Assembly: GCA_016197225.1 (NCBI GenBank) | Contig: JACPWC010000071.1 | Span: 14,217-78,216 of the forward strand | DNA: 64,000 nucleotides | Source of the DNA: Chloroflexota bacterium | Lineage (GTDB): Bacteria > Chloroflexota > Anaerolineae > Anaerolineales > VGOW01 | Reading direction: 5' to 3' | In this document: in pieces, positions 8,908-17,300 of the stretch | Layout: every line of letters starts with the position of its first letter | Position numbering within the stretch: the first letter of the stretch is position 1 | Made by a program: the position numbers and the translations under genes | Notes under the pieces: generated by a model | Seen by the model: only the letters and a program-made list of their open reading frames with translations | What the model was told of the DNA's origin: nothing | Database searches by the model: none

Positions 8908-9105
8908 CACCGCAAAGACGCAAAGAGCGCAAAGAAGATCACAAAGTCTCTTTTGTTTATCTTAGCGGCCTTCGCGGGCAGTGTCCCTGTATAGGGCAGG
9001 TGTGTTTTTTTTGTGCGCGAAAGGCCTTGAAAACAAGCTGTTTCGCAAGCGCCAAAAGGCTACCTGCCCGTTATAGGGCCACTACCCCTTCGCGCCTTCG
9101 CGGTG
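8908..9105. repeat. CGCAAAG-type palindromic intergenic element (MITE/REP-like)
   Basis: The left end is caccgcaaagacgcaaagagcgcaaagaag. The right end, cttcgcgccttcgcggtg, is its approximate reverse complement. There is an internal partial inverted repeat (ccctgtatagggcaggt / acctgcccgttataggg). Confidence 0.6.
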
Positions 9106-9121
9106 AAACAGGTTTTGTTCG

Positions 9122-10792
9122 ATGAGCAACTTTGACCCCGTCACCCTCGAAATCCTCTGGCGTCGCCTGCTCTCCATCGTGGACGAAGCCGACGCCGCCG
9201 TGGCCCGCACCGCCTTTTCCAGCCTGCTGCGGGACGCTCATGACTACACCTGCATGTTCACCGACCGGCGCGGGCGCGAACTGGCGCAAGGCTCGTTTGC
9301 CACGCCCGGCCAGTCGGGGGCGATGGCGATTGGAATCAAGAAACTGGTGCAAAGCCTGCCAGCTGATTCGTTTGAGCCCGGCGACGCCTTCATCACCAAC
9401 GACCCCTGGGCGCTGGCCGGCCACCTCAACGACGTTTGCGTCCTCAGCCCGATCTTTTATCGCGATCAACTCACCGCCTTCACCGCCTGCGTCCTCCACC
9501 ACGCCGACATTGGCGGGCGGGTGGCCTCGGATAATCACGACGTGTTCGAGGAAGGTCTGTTCATTCCGCTCGTCAAACTTTACGACGGTGGCAAGTTGAA
9601 CGAGGCGGTGATGGACATGATCCGCTGGAATGTAAGAACGCCGGAGCAGGTCATCGGCGACATCCGCTCGCAGATCGCCGCCAACCACGTCTGTGCCGAG
9701 CAAGTGTGCAAGATGCTGGCCGAATACAATTTAGATGGCTTGGACGATCTGGCCGACGAGATCATCGGTCGCAGTGAACGAAGCATTCGCGAGTCCATCG
9801 CCAAAGTGCCGCCCGGCGTTTACCGGGCCGAAGGCATCATCGAGCAGATGCGCGGAGCGGGCCGCGCCGACCTGATCATCAAGTGCGCGATTGAAGTCGC
9901 CGGGAGCGACATCAAAGTTGATCTTACCGGTTCATCGCCGCAAGTGGACTGGGGCGGCAACGTCGTCTACAACTTCACCTACGCCTACGTCCACATGGCC
10001 GTCAAGAGCATCTTCGATCCCGACCTCCCCAACAACGACGGGAGCGCCGCGCCGATTCAATTGACGGCCCCTGAGGGCACGGTGGTCAACTGCAAATTTC
10101 CGGCGGCGGTCGCGGCCCGAATGCAGATCGGCCACTTCATGACCGAGATCATCTACCGCGCGCTGGCGGGGGCATTGCCGAATCGAGTCGTCGCCGGAAG
10201 CGGCGGCACACCGGCGACGATGCAAGTTTTCTACGGACGACGCAATACGGGGCAGCCGTTTCATGCCGTGTTGATCCGGGGCGGCGGCCTCGGCGCGGGC
10301 GGCGCCCGCGACGGTGAAGGCTGTTTCATCTTCCCGGCCAACGGCGCGAACACTCCGGTCGAAATTTTAGAGAGCGACTCGCCGCTCGTCGTCGAACGAC
10401 GCGAACTGCTGACGGACTCAGGTGGCCCCGGCAAACAGCGTGGGGCGCTTGGGCGGCGGGAAGTGTTCCGTGTTCCTGATGACGACTATGCCCCTCAGCC
10501 GCCGGTGAATCTTGGAATCCAGTCGGGCCGTTTTCGAATCCCGCCGGAGGGATTATTCGGCGGCCAACCCGGAGCCAAAGCCCAATTTCTGGTCAACGGC
10601 CAAACCGGCAATCCCTACGGCCTCACCCGCCTCAAACCGGGCGATGTCGTCATCATGGACGCGGCGGGCGGCGGCGGCAACGGCAATCCAAAAGATCGGG
10701 AGCGTGATCAAGTGATTCGCGACGTGCGCGACGGCAAAGTGAGTCGTGAGAGCGCGTTGAAGGATTACGGAGTCGAGATCGCCGATGTGTAA
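9122..10792 (+). CDS. hyuB: hydantoinase B/oxoprolinase-type subunit
   Basis: DPVTLEILWRRLLSIVDEA start, DPWALAGHLNDV, 556 aa, and pairing with the HyuA gene. Confidence 0.85.
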   Translation: MSNFDPVTLEILWRRLLSIVDEADAAVARTAFSSLLRDAHDYTCMFTDRRGRELAQGSFATPGQSGAMAIGIKKLVQSLPADSFEPGDAFITNDPWALAGHLNDVCVLSPIFYRDQLTAFTACVLHHADIGGRVASDNHDVFEEGLFIPLVKLYDGGKLNEAVMDMIRWNVRTPEQVIGDIRSQIAANHVCAEQVCKMLAEYNLDGLDDLADEIIGRSERSIRESIAKVPPGVYRAEGIIEQMRGAGRADLIIKCAIEVAGSDIKVDLTGSSPQVDWGGNVVYNFTYAYVHMAVKSIFDPDLPNNDGSAAPIQLTAPEGTVVNCKFPAAVAARMQIGHFMTEIIYRALAGALPNRVVAGSGGTPATMQVFYGRRNTGQPFHAVLIRGGGLGAGGARDGEGCFIFPANGANTPVEILESDSPLVVERRELLTDSGGPGKQRGALGRREVFRVPDDDYAPQPPVNLGIQSGRFRIPPEGLFGGQPGAKAQFLVNGQTGNPYGLTRLKPGDVVIMDAAGGGGNGNPKDRERDQVIRDVRDGKVSRESALKDYGVEIADV

Positions 10793-10813
10793 GTGACGTA
10801 GCGAGCGCATGAA

Positions 10814-11971
10814 ATGATACGCAAAGTTTTGGCCGCCATCGCCAAATTCATCGCCTTTGTGCTGGCAGTGTTGGCGGTGATTGTGGCAGTAGCGGCGCTG
10901 CCGCTCTTCAACGTCGGCCTGCACCTGTTCAGCCCGGACGTGTATAAACGCGCTTTGGCGGCGCAGAACATTTACGACCGTCTCCCGGCGCTGGCGGCTG
11001 AACAACTCGATCTGCAACTCCATTACACCGGGCCGGGCCTCGAAGAGGGGGGCGAGGGCCAGGCCTCCACTCCAGAACCCGGCAGTGGCCCGCCGCCCAT
11101 GTTCCAAAATATTAGCCGGGCCGGCTGGGAACAACTTTTGTCTACCCTGTTGCCAGCCGACTGGCTGAAAACTCAGACCGAGAGCGCGCTTGATCAGACG
11201 TTTGCCATGCTGGATTCGACTGATCCCGACTCGAAAGTCACTATATCGCTGGTTGAATTAAAAGCGCATGTCGGCGGCGAGGCCGGGGTGGCCGCCTTTC
11301 TACAATTAGTGCGCGCTCAGCCGCCCTGCTCGCAGGAAGAATTGTTGGGGTGGGGCGGCGCGGCGGAGGCCGCCTTGCCCATCTGTCGCCCGCCGGAGGA
11401 AATTCTCACGGCGGCCACCCCGCAGATTCAAGCAATGCTGGCTGCGGTCGTGGTGGGTCTTCCCGATGAGGCTGATCTAGCCCAGACATTCGCGGGCGGC
11501 GGCGAGAGCGAGCAAGGCGAGTCTTCTGTTCCAAATTCCGGTGAGCCGCAACCGGATCCGCGAACGACTCTACGGTTGATCCGGCTTGGTCTGCGCTTGA
11601 GTCCGTCCCTCCCGCTCGTTCTACTGTTGCTGGTTGCGCTTTTCGGCGCGCGCTCGCGCAAGGCGTTACTGCGCTGGTGGGGCATCCCATTGCTGGTGGC
11701 CGGCCTCATCGGCGTGATTGAAGCATTGACATTAGTGCCAGCCATGCAGGCAGGTTACGCCACATTTGCCGCCGACAAAATCCCGCTGTACCTCTCAGAA
11801 AGTTTTGTGCAGGCCGGGCTGGATGTGGCTTTGCGCCTCGGACAGACGCTTGCGTGGTGGATTGGAAGCGAAGCTGTGCTGATCGGGTTGAGCGGCCTGG
11901 TGATGGTGGCCGGGTCGCGGTTACAGGCACAGCCCGCGAAAAGCACGCGAACTGCTCCCACAGCTTCTTAA
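10814..11971 (+). CDS. membrane protein of unknown function
   Basis: N-terminal TM helix (FIAFVLAVLAVIVAVAALPLF) and several C-terminal TM helices. I recognise no family. Confidence 0.5.
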   Translation: MIRKVLAAIAKFIAFVLAVLAVIVAVAALPLFNVGLHLFSPDVYKRALAAQNIYDRLPALAAEQLDLQLHYTGPGLEEGGEGQASTPEPGSGPPPMFQNISRAGWEQLLSTLLPADWLKTQTESALDQTFAMLDSTDPDSKVTISLVELKAHVGGEAGVAAFLQLVRAQPPCSQEELLGWGGAAEAALPICRPPEEILTAATPQIQAMLAAVVVGLPDEADLAQTFAGGGESEQGESSVPNSGEPQPDPRTTLRLIRLGLRLSPSLPLVLLLLVALFGARSRKALLRWWGIPLLVAGLIGVIEALTLVPAMQAGYATFAADKIPLYLSESFVQAGLDVALRLGQTLAWWIGSEAVLIGLSGLVMVAGSRLQAQPAKSTRTAPTAS

Positions 11972-12013
11972 TGGGATATGACGGCCAAACGCCGATTAAA
12001 CTGGGAGAAAAAT

Positions 12014-12036
12014 GTGATATATTTGCCGTATATCAC
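12014..12036. promoter_or_regulatory. AT-rich inverted repeat upstream of the dehydrogenase/ETF operon (candidate operator or promoter element)
   Basis: GTGATATA-tttgccg-TATATCAC is a perfect 8-bp inverted repeat about 45 nt upstream of ATG 12082, in an otherwise GC-rich genome. Confidence 0.25.
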
Positions 12037-12081
12037 TGTCGCACTTGTCGCCAGGCATCAAAATAAAAAGGAGTATCTCCC

Positions 12082-14598
12082 ATGAGTTCATTCCCAAACC
12101 AAGCAAACGTCGTCATCATCGGGGCCGGCATTGTCGGCAACAGCATGGCCTACCACCTGGCCCGGCTGGGCTGGAAGGACATTGTGTTGCTGGACAAAGG
12201 GCCTCTGCCCAACCCCGGCGGTTCCACCGGCCATGCTTCAAACTTCATTTTCCTCACCGACCACTCCAAAGAAATGACCAAGTTCACGTTGGACAGCGTG
12301 AAGCAATATAGAGAATTGGATGTGTTTATTCAGAGCGGCGGCATTGAGGTGGCCCGCACCACCGAACGCGCTGAAGAACTCAAGCGCCGCCTCGCCGCCT
12401 CCAAGTCGTGGGGCATTGAGTCGGAGTTGATCTCGCCGGCGCGGGTGAAGGAACTCGTGCCGTATGTCAACGATAAGATCATCCTCGGCGGTTTCTACAC
12501 GCCCGGCATCGGCACAGTGGACTCCTTGCGCGGCGGCACGCTCATGCGCGAGAAGGCGCAAGCGATGGGCGCTCTGCAAGTGTTTGCCAACACCGAAATT
12601 TTGGGCGTCGAAACCCAAAATGGCCGCGTGCGCGGCATCAAGACCAGCCGGGGCGACATCAAAGCGGAAGTGATAGTCGTGTGCTGTGGCATCTGGAGTC
12701 CGCGCATTGCCCGCATGGCCGGCGCATCCATCCCGCTCACGCCCGCCGTCCACCAGATGATCAGCGTGGGGCCGGTGCCGCTCTTCGCCAACACCAAAGG
12801 CGAGATCGAATATCCCATCATCCGCGACATGGACACCAACGGTTACGAGCGTCAGCACGGCAGCGATCTGGAAGTCGGCTCGTACGATCACCGCCCGATC
12901 CTGATGGAACCCGATGACATCCCGCCGAACGAAAAAGCGGCGCTCTCCCCGACCGAGATGCCGTTCACCAAAGAGGATTTCGATCCGTCGCTGGAGCGGG
13001 CGTTGGAACTGATCCCCGACATTTTGGCCGACGAAAAAGTGGGCATCCGCTACGCCATCAACGGCTTACTCTCGCTCACGCCCGACGGCTTCCCGCTCCT
13101 CGGCGAGACGCCCGAAGTGAAAGGGCTGTGGGCAGTGTCCGCCATTTGGATCAAGGAAGCGCCCGGCATCGCCCGCGCGGTGGCCGAGTGGATGACGAAC
13201 GGCCAGCCGGAGATTGACCCGAGCAGTTCAGACATCGCCCGCTTCTATGGCCATCAGAAAACCAAGACCCACGTCAACGCCCGCACCGCCGAAGGCTTCA
13301 ACAAGACTTACGGCATTGTGCATCCGCGTGAGCAGTGGGCGTCCAACCGTTACGTGCGAACCAGCCCGCTCTTCGAGCGTCAGAAGGCGCTGGGCGCTGT
13401 TTTCTTTGAAGCGATGGGCTTCGAGCGCCCGCAGTGGTACGAGTCCAACACTAAACTGCTGGCGAAGTACGGCGAGCAGGTGATGCCGCGCAAGTACGAG
13501 TGGGACGGGCGCTGGTGGTCGCCCATCATCAACGCCGAGCATTTGGCGATGCGCGAAAGCGTGGGCATGGTTGACCTCTCGGCCTTCGCCATTTTCGACG
13601 TGACCGGCCCGACTGCGCTCGACTACATTCAAAAGATGGCCGTGGCGCAGATGGATGTTCCGGTGGGCCGCGTGGTTTACACGCCATTGCTGAACGTGGC
13701 CGGCGGCATCAAGTCCGATCTGACCATCATGCGCCTCAGTCAGAATCACTTCCGCGTGGTCACCGGCGTCTTCGACGGGCCGCGCGACAAGAAGTGGTTC
13801 GCCGATCACTTGCCCGCCGACGGCTCAACCCAACTGAGCGATGTCAGTTCGGCCTGGACGACGATTGGCATGTGGGGGCCGAATGCCCGCAAGCTGGTGC
13901 AGTCGGCCACCGAACACGACATGTCGCACGCCGCCTTCCCCTTTGCCACCTGCCAACAAGTGGACTTTGGCCCGATCCGCGCCATCGCTTCGCGCATTTC
14001 TTACGTGGGCGAACTGGGCTGGGAAATTTACGCGCCGATGGAACAGGCCGGGCGCTTGTGGGATATTTTGTGGGAAGCGGGGCAACAGTTCAACGTCGCT
14101 CCGGTAGGCATCGGCGTCTACGGCACAACCGCCCGTCTGGAGAAATCCTATCGCCTGTACGGCAACGAACTGGAGTTGGAATACAACCTGGTCGAGGCCG
14201 GCCTGGCCCGGCCACAGGTGAAGCCCCAGGACTTCGTCGGCAAGGAAGCGTATCTCAAGCAACGAGGCGGGCAACCTGCCGCCATCCTCTGCACGCTCAC
14301 CGTGGACGACAACACTTCCAAGTCCGGCTTCAAGCGCTACATGCAAGGCCGCGAACCGATCCTCACGCCCGACGGCAAACCGATTGTGGACGCACATGGC
14401 CGCGGCTCGTACGTCACCAGCGCCGGCTCCGGCCCCTCCATCGGCAAGACCATCCTCATGAGCTACCTGCCGCCGCAACACGCCAAAGTCGGCGCGAGCC
14501 TCATGGTCGAATATTTCAACGAGCATTACCCGGTGACCGTGGCCGCCGTTGGCCCGACGCCGGTGTTTGATCCGAAGAATGAAAGAATGAAGGGTTGA
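12082..14598 (+). CDS. dimethylglycine/sarcosine-dehydrogenase-like flavoprotein (FAD oxidoreductase fused to a GcvT aminomethyltransferase fold)
   Basis: VVIIGAGIVGNSMAYHLA dinucleotide-binding motif, 838 aa, and a C-terminal half with GcvT-like blocks (VGMVDLSAF, GELGWEIY). ETF genes follow immediately. Confidence 0.85.
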   Translation: MSSFPNQANVVIIGAGIVGNSMAYHLARLGWKDIVLLDKGPLPNPGGSTGHASNFIFLTDHSKEMTKFTLDSVKQYRELDVFIQSGGIEVARTTERAEELKRRLAASKSWGIESELISPARVKELVPYVNDKIILGGFYTPGIGTVDSLRGGTLMREKAQAMGALQVFANTEILGVETQNGRVRGIKTSRGDIKAEVIVVCCGIWSPRIARMAGASIPLTPAVHQMISVGPVPLFANTKGEIEYPIIRDMDTNGYERQHGSDLEVGSYDHRPILMEPDDIPPNEKAALSPTEMPFTKEDFDPSLERALELIPDILADEKVGIRYAINGLLSLTPDGFPLLGETPEVKGLWAVSAIWIKEAPGIARAVAEWMTNGQPEIDPSSSDIARFYGHQKTKTHVNARTAEGFNKTYGIVHPREQWASNRYVRTSPLFERQKALGAVFFEAMGFERPQWYESNTKLLAKYGEQVMPRKYEWDGRWWSPIINAEHLAMRESVGMVDLSAFAIFDVTGPTALDYIQKMAVAQMDVPVGRVVYTPLLNVAGGIKSDLTIMRLSQNHFRVVTGVFDGPRDKKWFADHLPADGSTQLSDVSSAWTTIGMWGPNARKLVQSATEHDMSHAAFPFATCQQVDFGPIRAIASRISYVGELGWEIYAPMEQAGRLWDILWEAGQQFNVAPVGIGVYGTTARLEKSYRLYGNELELEYNLVEAGLARPQVKPQDFVGKEAYLKQRGGQPAAILCTLTVDDNTSKSGFKRYMQGREPILTPDGKPIVDAHGRGSYVTSAGSGPSIGKTILMSYLPPQHAKVGASLMVEYFNEHYPVTVAAVGPTPVFDPKNERMKG

Positions 14599-14656
14599 GA
14601 GAGAAAAGAGAAAAGAGAATTGGAGAATTAGAGAATTCTCTAATCCTCCAATTCTC
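14599..14656. repeat. palindromic form of the GAGAATT/GGAGAAT heptamer array
   Basis: The 19-nt arms are gagaattggagaattagag (14615-14633) and ctctaatcctccaattctc (14638-14656). They match 18/19 as an inverted repeat around AATT and are preceded by gagagagaaaagagaaaagag. Confidence 0.8.
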
Positions 14657-14667
14657 TATTACCTGTC

Positions 14668-15432
14668 ATGAACATTTTAGTTTGCGTCAAACGTGTCCCG
14701 GCGGCGGGCGGCAAGATGTCGCTGACGGCGGACGAACAGGACATTGAAACGCGCTACTTCAGCTTCACAGTCAGCCCGCACGAAGAATGCGCGATTGAAG
14801 AAGCGGTGCGGTTGATTGAGGCGCACGGCGGAAGCTCGACTGTGCTGACGCTCGGCCCCGAGGTTGCCACCGAGCAATTGCGCGAAGGCATGGCGCTTGG
14901 CATCGAGCGGGCCATCCTGCTGGAAACCGATGGCCGCGAGTGGGATGGCGGGGCAACAGCGGGGGCTATCGTCGAGGCCGTTCGGGCGCAAGAGGCGGCT
15001 GGACACAAGTTCGATCTTCTGCTCTTCGGCAACGAGGCGGCGGACTCGGGCGGCTATCAAGTCGGCATCCGCGTCGCCCACGCCCTCGACTTGCCGTGCG
15101 TCACCGGAGTCAAAGAGTTGAAGATTCGGGATGGCAAGGCCGTTGCCAAACGGCAGGCCGGCGGCGGCTGGGACATTTTTGAAGTTCCCCTGCCCGCCGT
15201 CATCAGCGTGAAAGAGGGCATCAACCTGCCGCGCTATCCGTCTCTGCCGGGCCGCCTCAAAGCCAAGAAGAAGCCCATCGAACGCCTCACCCCAACCTGG
15301 CCCGGAAACGGTTTGGAAAAGATTCGACTCAAACTGCCCGCCGAGCGCGATCATCAAGTTGAGATTTTGGGCAAAGGCCCGGAAGCGGCGGTGAAGGCCG
15401 TTGAGTTGTTGCAAAGATTGGGAATGGTATGA
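14668..15432 (+). CDS. etfB: electron transfer flavoprotein beta subunit
   Basis: MNILVCVKRVP start and EtfB-typical length and blocks. It overlaps the etfA start. Confidence 0.9.
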   Translation: MNILVCVKRVPAAGGKMSLTADEQDIETRYFSFTVSPHEECAIEEAVRLIEAHGGSSTVLTLGPEVATEQLREGMALGIERAILLETDGREWDGGATAGAIVEAVRAQEAAGHKFDLLLFGNEAADSGGYQVGIRVAHALDLPCVTGVKELKIRDGKAVAKRQAGGGWDIFEVPLPAVISVKEGINLPRYPSLPGRLKAKKKPIERLTPTWPGNGLEKIRLKLPAERDHQVEILGKGPEAAVKAVELLQRLGMV

Positions 15433-16403
15433 CCATGATTCTCGGATTGATAGAACACGACCGTGGCAAGTTGAACGACCTGTCGCTTGAGATGCTGACG
15501 TTTGGCCGCCGACTCGCCAATCAACTTGGTTCTACGCTTGAGGCCGTTTTGATCGGCGAGGCCGCCCGCCCGTTGGCCGAGCGGCTTCAGGCTTACGGTG
15601 TTTCGACCGTTTATCTCGTGCAACATGATCGACTCGACGATTACGCTCCCGAAGCCTGGGCGGGGAGTCTGGTGGAAGTGATGATGGCGGCCAAGCCGCA
15701 GATCGTGATCGCGCCCGGAAGCGATCGTGGCAACGAAGTGATGGCTCACGTGGCCGCTCGAAGCAACTTGCCAATGGCCGCCAACTGCACTGGAGCTTTG
15801 CCGGGCGATCCATTCATTGTGACTCGCGTGCGCTGGGGCGGCAGTCTTCTGGAAGAAGCCCGGCTGGGCGGCGAAGTGAAACTGCTGACGGTTTCGCCGC
15901 ACGCCCTTGTTGCCGAAGAAGCGCCCGCGGCTGAGCTGACGATCAACACCATCACCCCGTCTCTCGCCGACAAAGATTTTCGGGTGCGGGTCACGGGCCG
16001 GGTTGAGGCGGGCGAAGGCAAAATCTCGCTGGCCGAAGCCAAAGTGGTGGTGGGCGGCGGGCGCGGCGTGGGCAGCGCCGAAGGCTTCAAGAAGCTTGAA
16101 GAGTTGGCCGGACTGTTGGGCGCGGCGGTCGGTTGCTCGCGCGCGGTGACAAGCCTGGGCTGGCGGCCACACGCCGACCAGATCGGCCAGACGGGAACCC
16201 GCATCGCGCCAGAGATTTACATCGCCTGCGGTGTGAGCGGGGCTACGCAACACCTTGTTGGCTGTCAGGGGGCCAAGCGCATCTTAGCCATCAACACCGA
16301 CCCCGAGGCGACTATCATCGCCAAAGCCAATTACGCCATCATCGGCGACCTGCACGAGGTGCTTCCGGCGTTGAGTGAGGAGGTTAGGAAGGTGAGGAAG
16401 TAG
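15429..16403 (+). CDS. etfA: electron transfer flavoprotein alpha subunit
   Basis: The C-terminal FAD-binding block is VVVGGGRGVGS...GQTGTRIAPEIYIACGVSGATQHLVG...[10 protein letters not shown]. Confidence 0.9.
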   Translation: MTMILGLIEHDRGKLNDLSLEMLTFGRRLANQLGSTLEAVLIGEAARPLAERLQAYGVSTVYLVQHDRLDDYAPEAWAGSLVEVMMAAKPQIVIAPGSDRGNEVMAHVAARSNLPMAANCTGALPGDPFIVTRVRWGGSLLEEARLGGEVKLLTVSPHALVAEEAPAAELTINTITPSLADKDFRVRVTGRVEAGEGKISLAEAKVVVGGGRGVGSAEGFKKLEELAGLLGAAVGCSRAVTSLGWRPHADQIGQTGTRIAPEIYIACGVSGATQHLVGCQGAKRILAINTDPEATIIAKANYAIIGDLHEVLPALSEEVRKVRK

Positions 16404-16477
16404 GCGGGCGCGGGAAGCTGCTTTGAATGTAGAATAAAGGCGTATTACGCAACCCAGAACGATAAGCGGAGACCCCA

Positions 16478-16684
16478 ATGGAAGTCGTAACTGTTTCGCC
16501 AAAGTTTCAGGTCGTCATCCCCCTCAGTGTCCGGCAGTCACTCGGCCTCAAGCCCGGCCACAAAGTACAGGTCATCTTGTACGAAGGCCGGATTGAGCTG
16601 ATCCCGCTCAAGCCCATCAAGAAGATGCGCGGCTTTCTCAAAGGCATTGATACGACGATTGAGCGCGAAGCCGACCGCGTATGA
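16478..16684 (+). CDS. vapB: AbrB/SpoVT-fold antitoxin (VapB-like)
   Basis: 68 aa. VSPKFQVVIPLSVRQSLGLKPGHKVQV is a typical AbrB-type swapped-hairpin motif. It has a 4-nt overlap with the PIN gene. Confidence 0.8.
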   Translation: MEVVTVSPKFQVVIPLSVRQSLGLKPGHKVQVILYEGRIELIPLKPIKKMRGFLKGIDTTIEREADRV

Positions 16685-17058
16685 ACGTCGTTGACTCATC
16701 GGGCTGGCTGGAATACCTGGCCGAAGAGCCAAACGCGGATTTTTTCGCGCCCGCCATTGAGAATACAGCCGAGTTGATTGTGCCTTCCATCAGCGTCTAC
16801 GAAGTGTTCAAGCGCATCAGCCAACAACGCGATGAGCATACGGCACTCCAGGCAACGGCGCTAATGATGCAAGGCCAAGTCATTCCTTTGGATATTTCGA
16901 TTGCGTTGAGCGCGGCGAAAACCTCAGTAGCACTGTCTCTGCCGATGGCGGATAGTGTGATCCTGGCGACGGCGCGCGCTTTTGGCGCGACCCTGTGGAC
17001 GCAAGATGAGCACTTCAAGAGCGTTGAAGGGGTGCGCTACATCGCCAAGAAGAAATAA
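16681..17058 (+). CDS. vapC: PIN-domain ribonuclease toxin (VapC-like)
   Basis: 125 aa. It has an N-terminal VVDSSGWLEY acidic motif and later D/E residues (ADSVILATA, TQDEHF) in PIN-like spacing. Confidence 0.8.
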   Translation: MNVVDSSGWLEYLAEEPNADFFAPAIENTAELIVPSISVYEVFKRISQQRDEHTALQATALMMQGQVIPLDISIALSAAKTSVALSLPMADSVILATARAFGATLWTQDEHFKSVEGVRYIAKKK

Positions 17059-17083
17059 CGGCGACAACGCCGCCGAGTTGTGG

Positions 17084-17211
17084 AGCGCATCTTAGCCATC
17101 AACACCGACCCCGAGGCGACTATCATCGCCAAAGCCAACTACGCCATCATCGGCGATCTGCATGAGGTGCTTCCGGCGTTGAGCGCGGGGATTAAGAAGG
17201 TGAAGAAGTAA
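17084..17211 (+). repeat. displaced duplicate of the etfA 3' end (direct repeat of 16276-16403)
   Basis: Hand alignment gives 118/128 identical nt. The copy reads in frame as [41 protein letters not shown]-stop, against ...PALSEEVRKVRK-stop in the intact gene. Confidence 0.9.
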
Positions 17212-17300
17212 GTGGGGTGGCTTTGGGATATAAAGTGGAATTGTTATCCCGAAGCCTTGATTTGGTAGCTTCCCTGTAGCCGAAAGTTTCGTGAGGTCTC

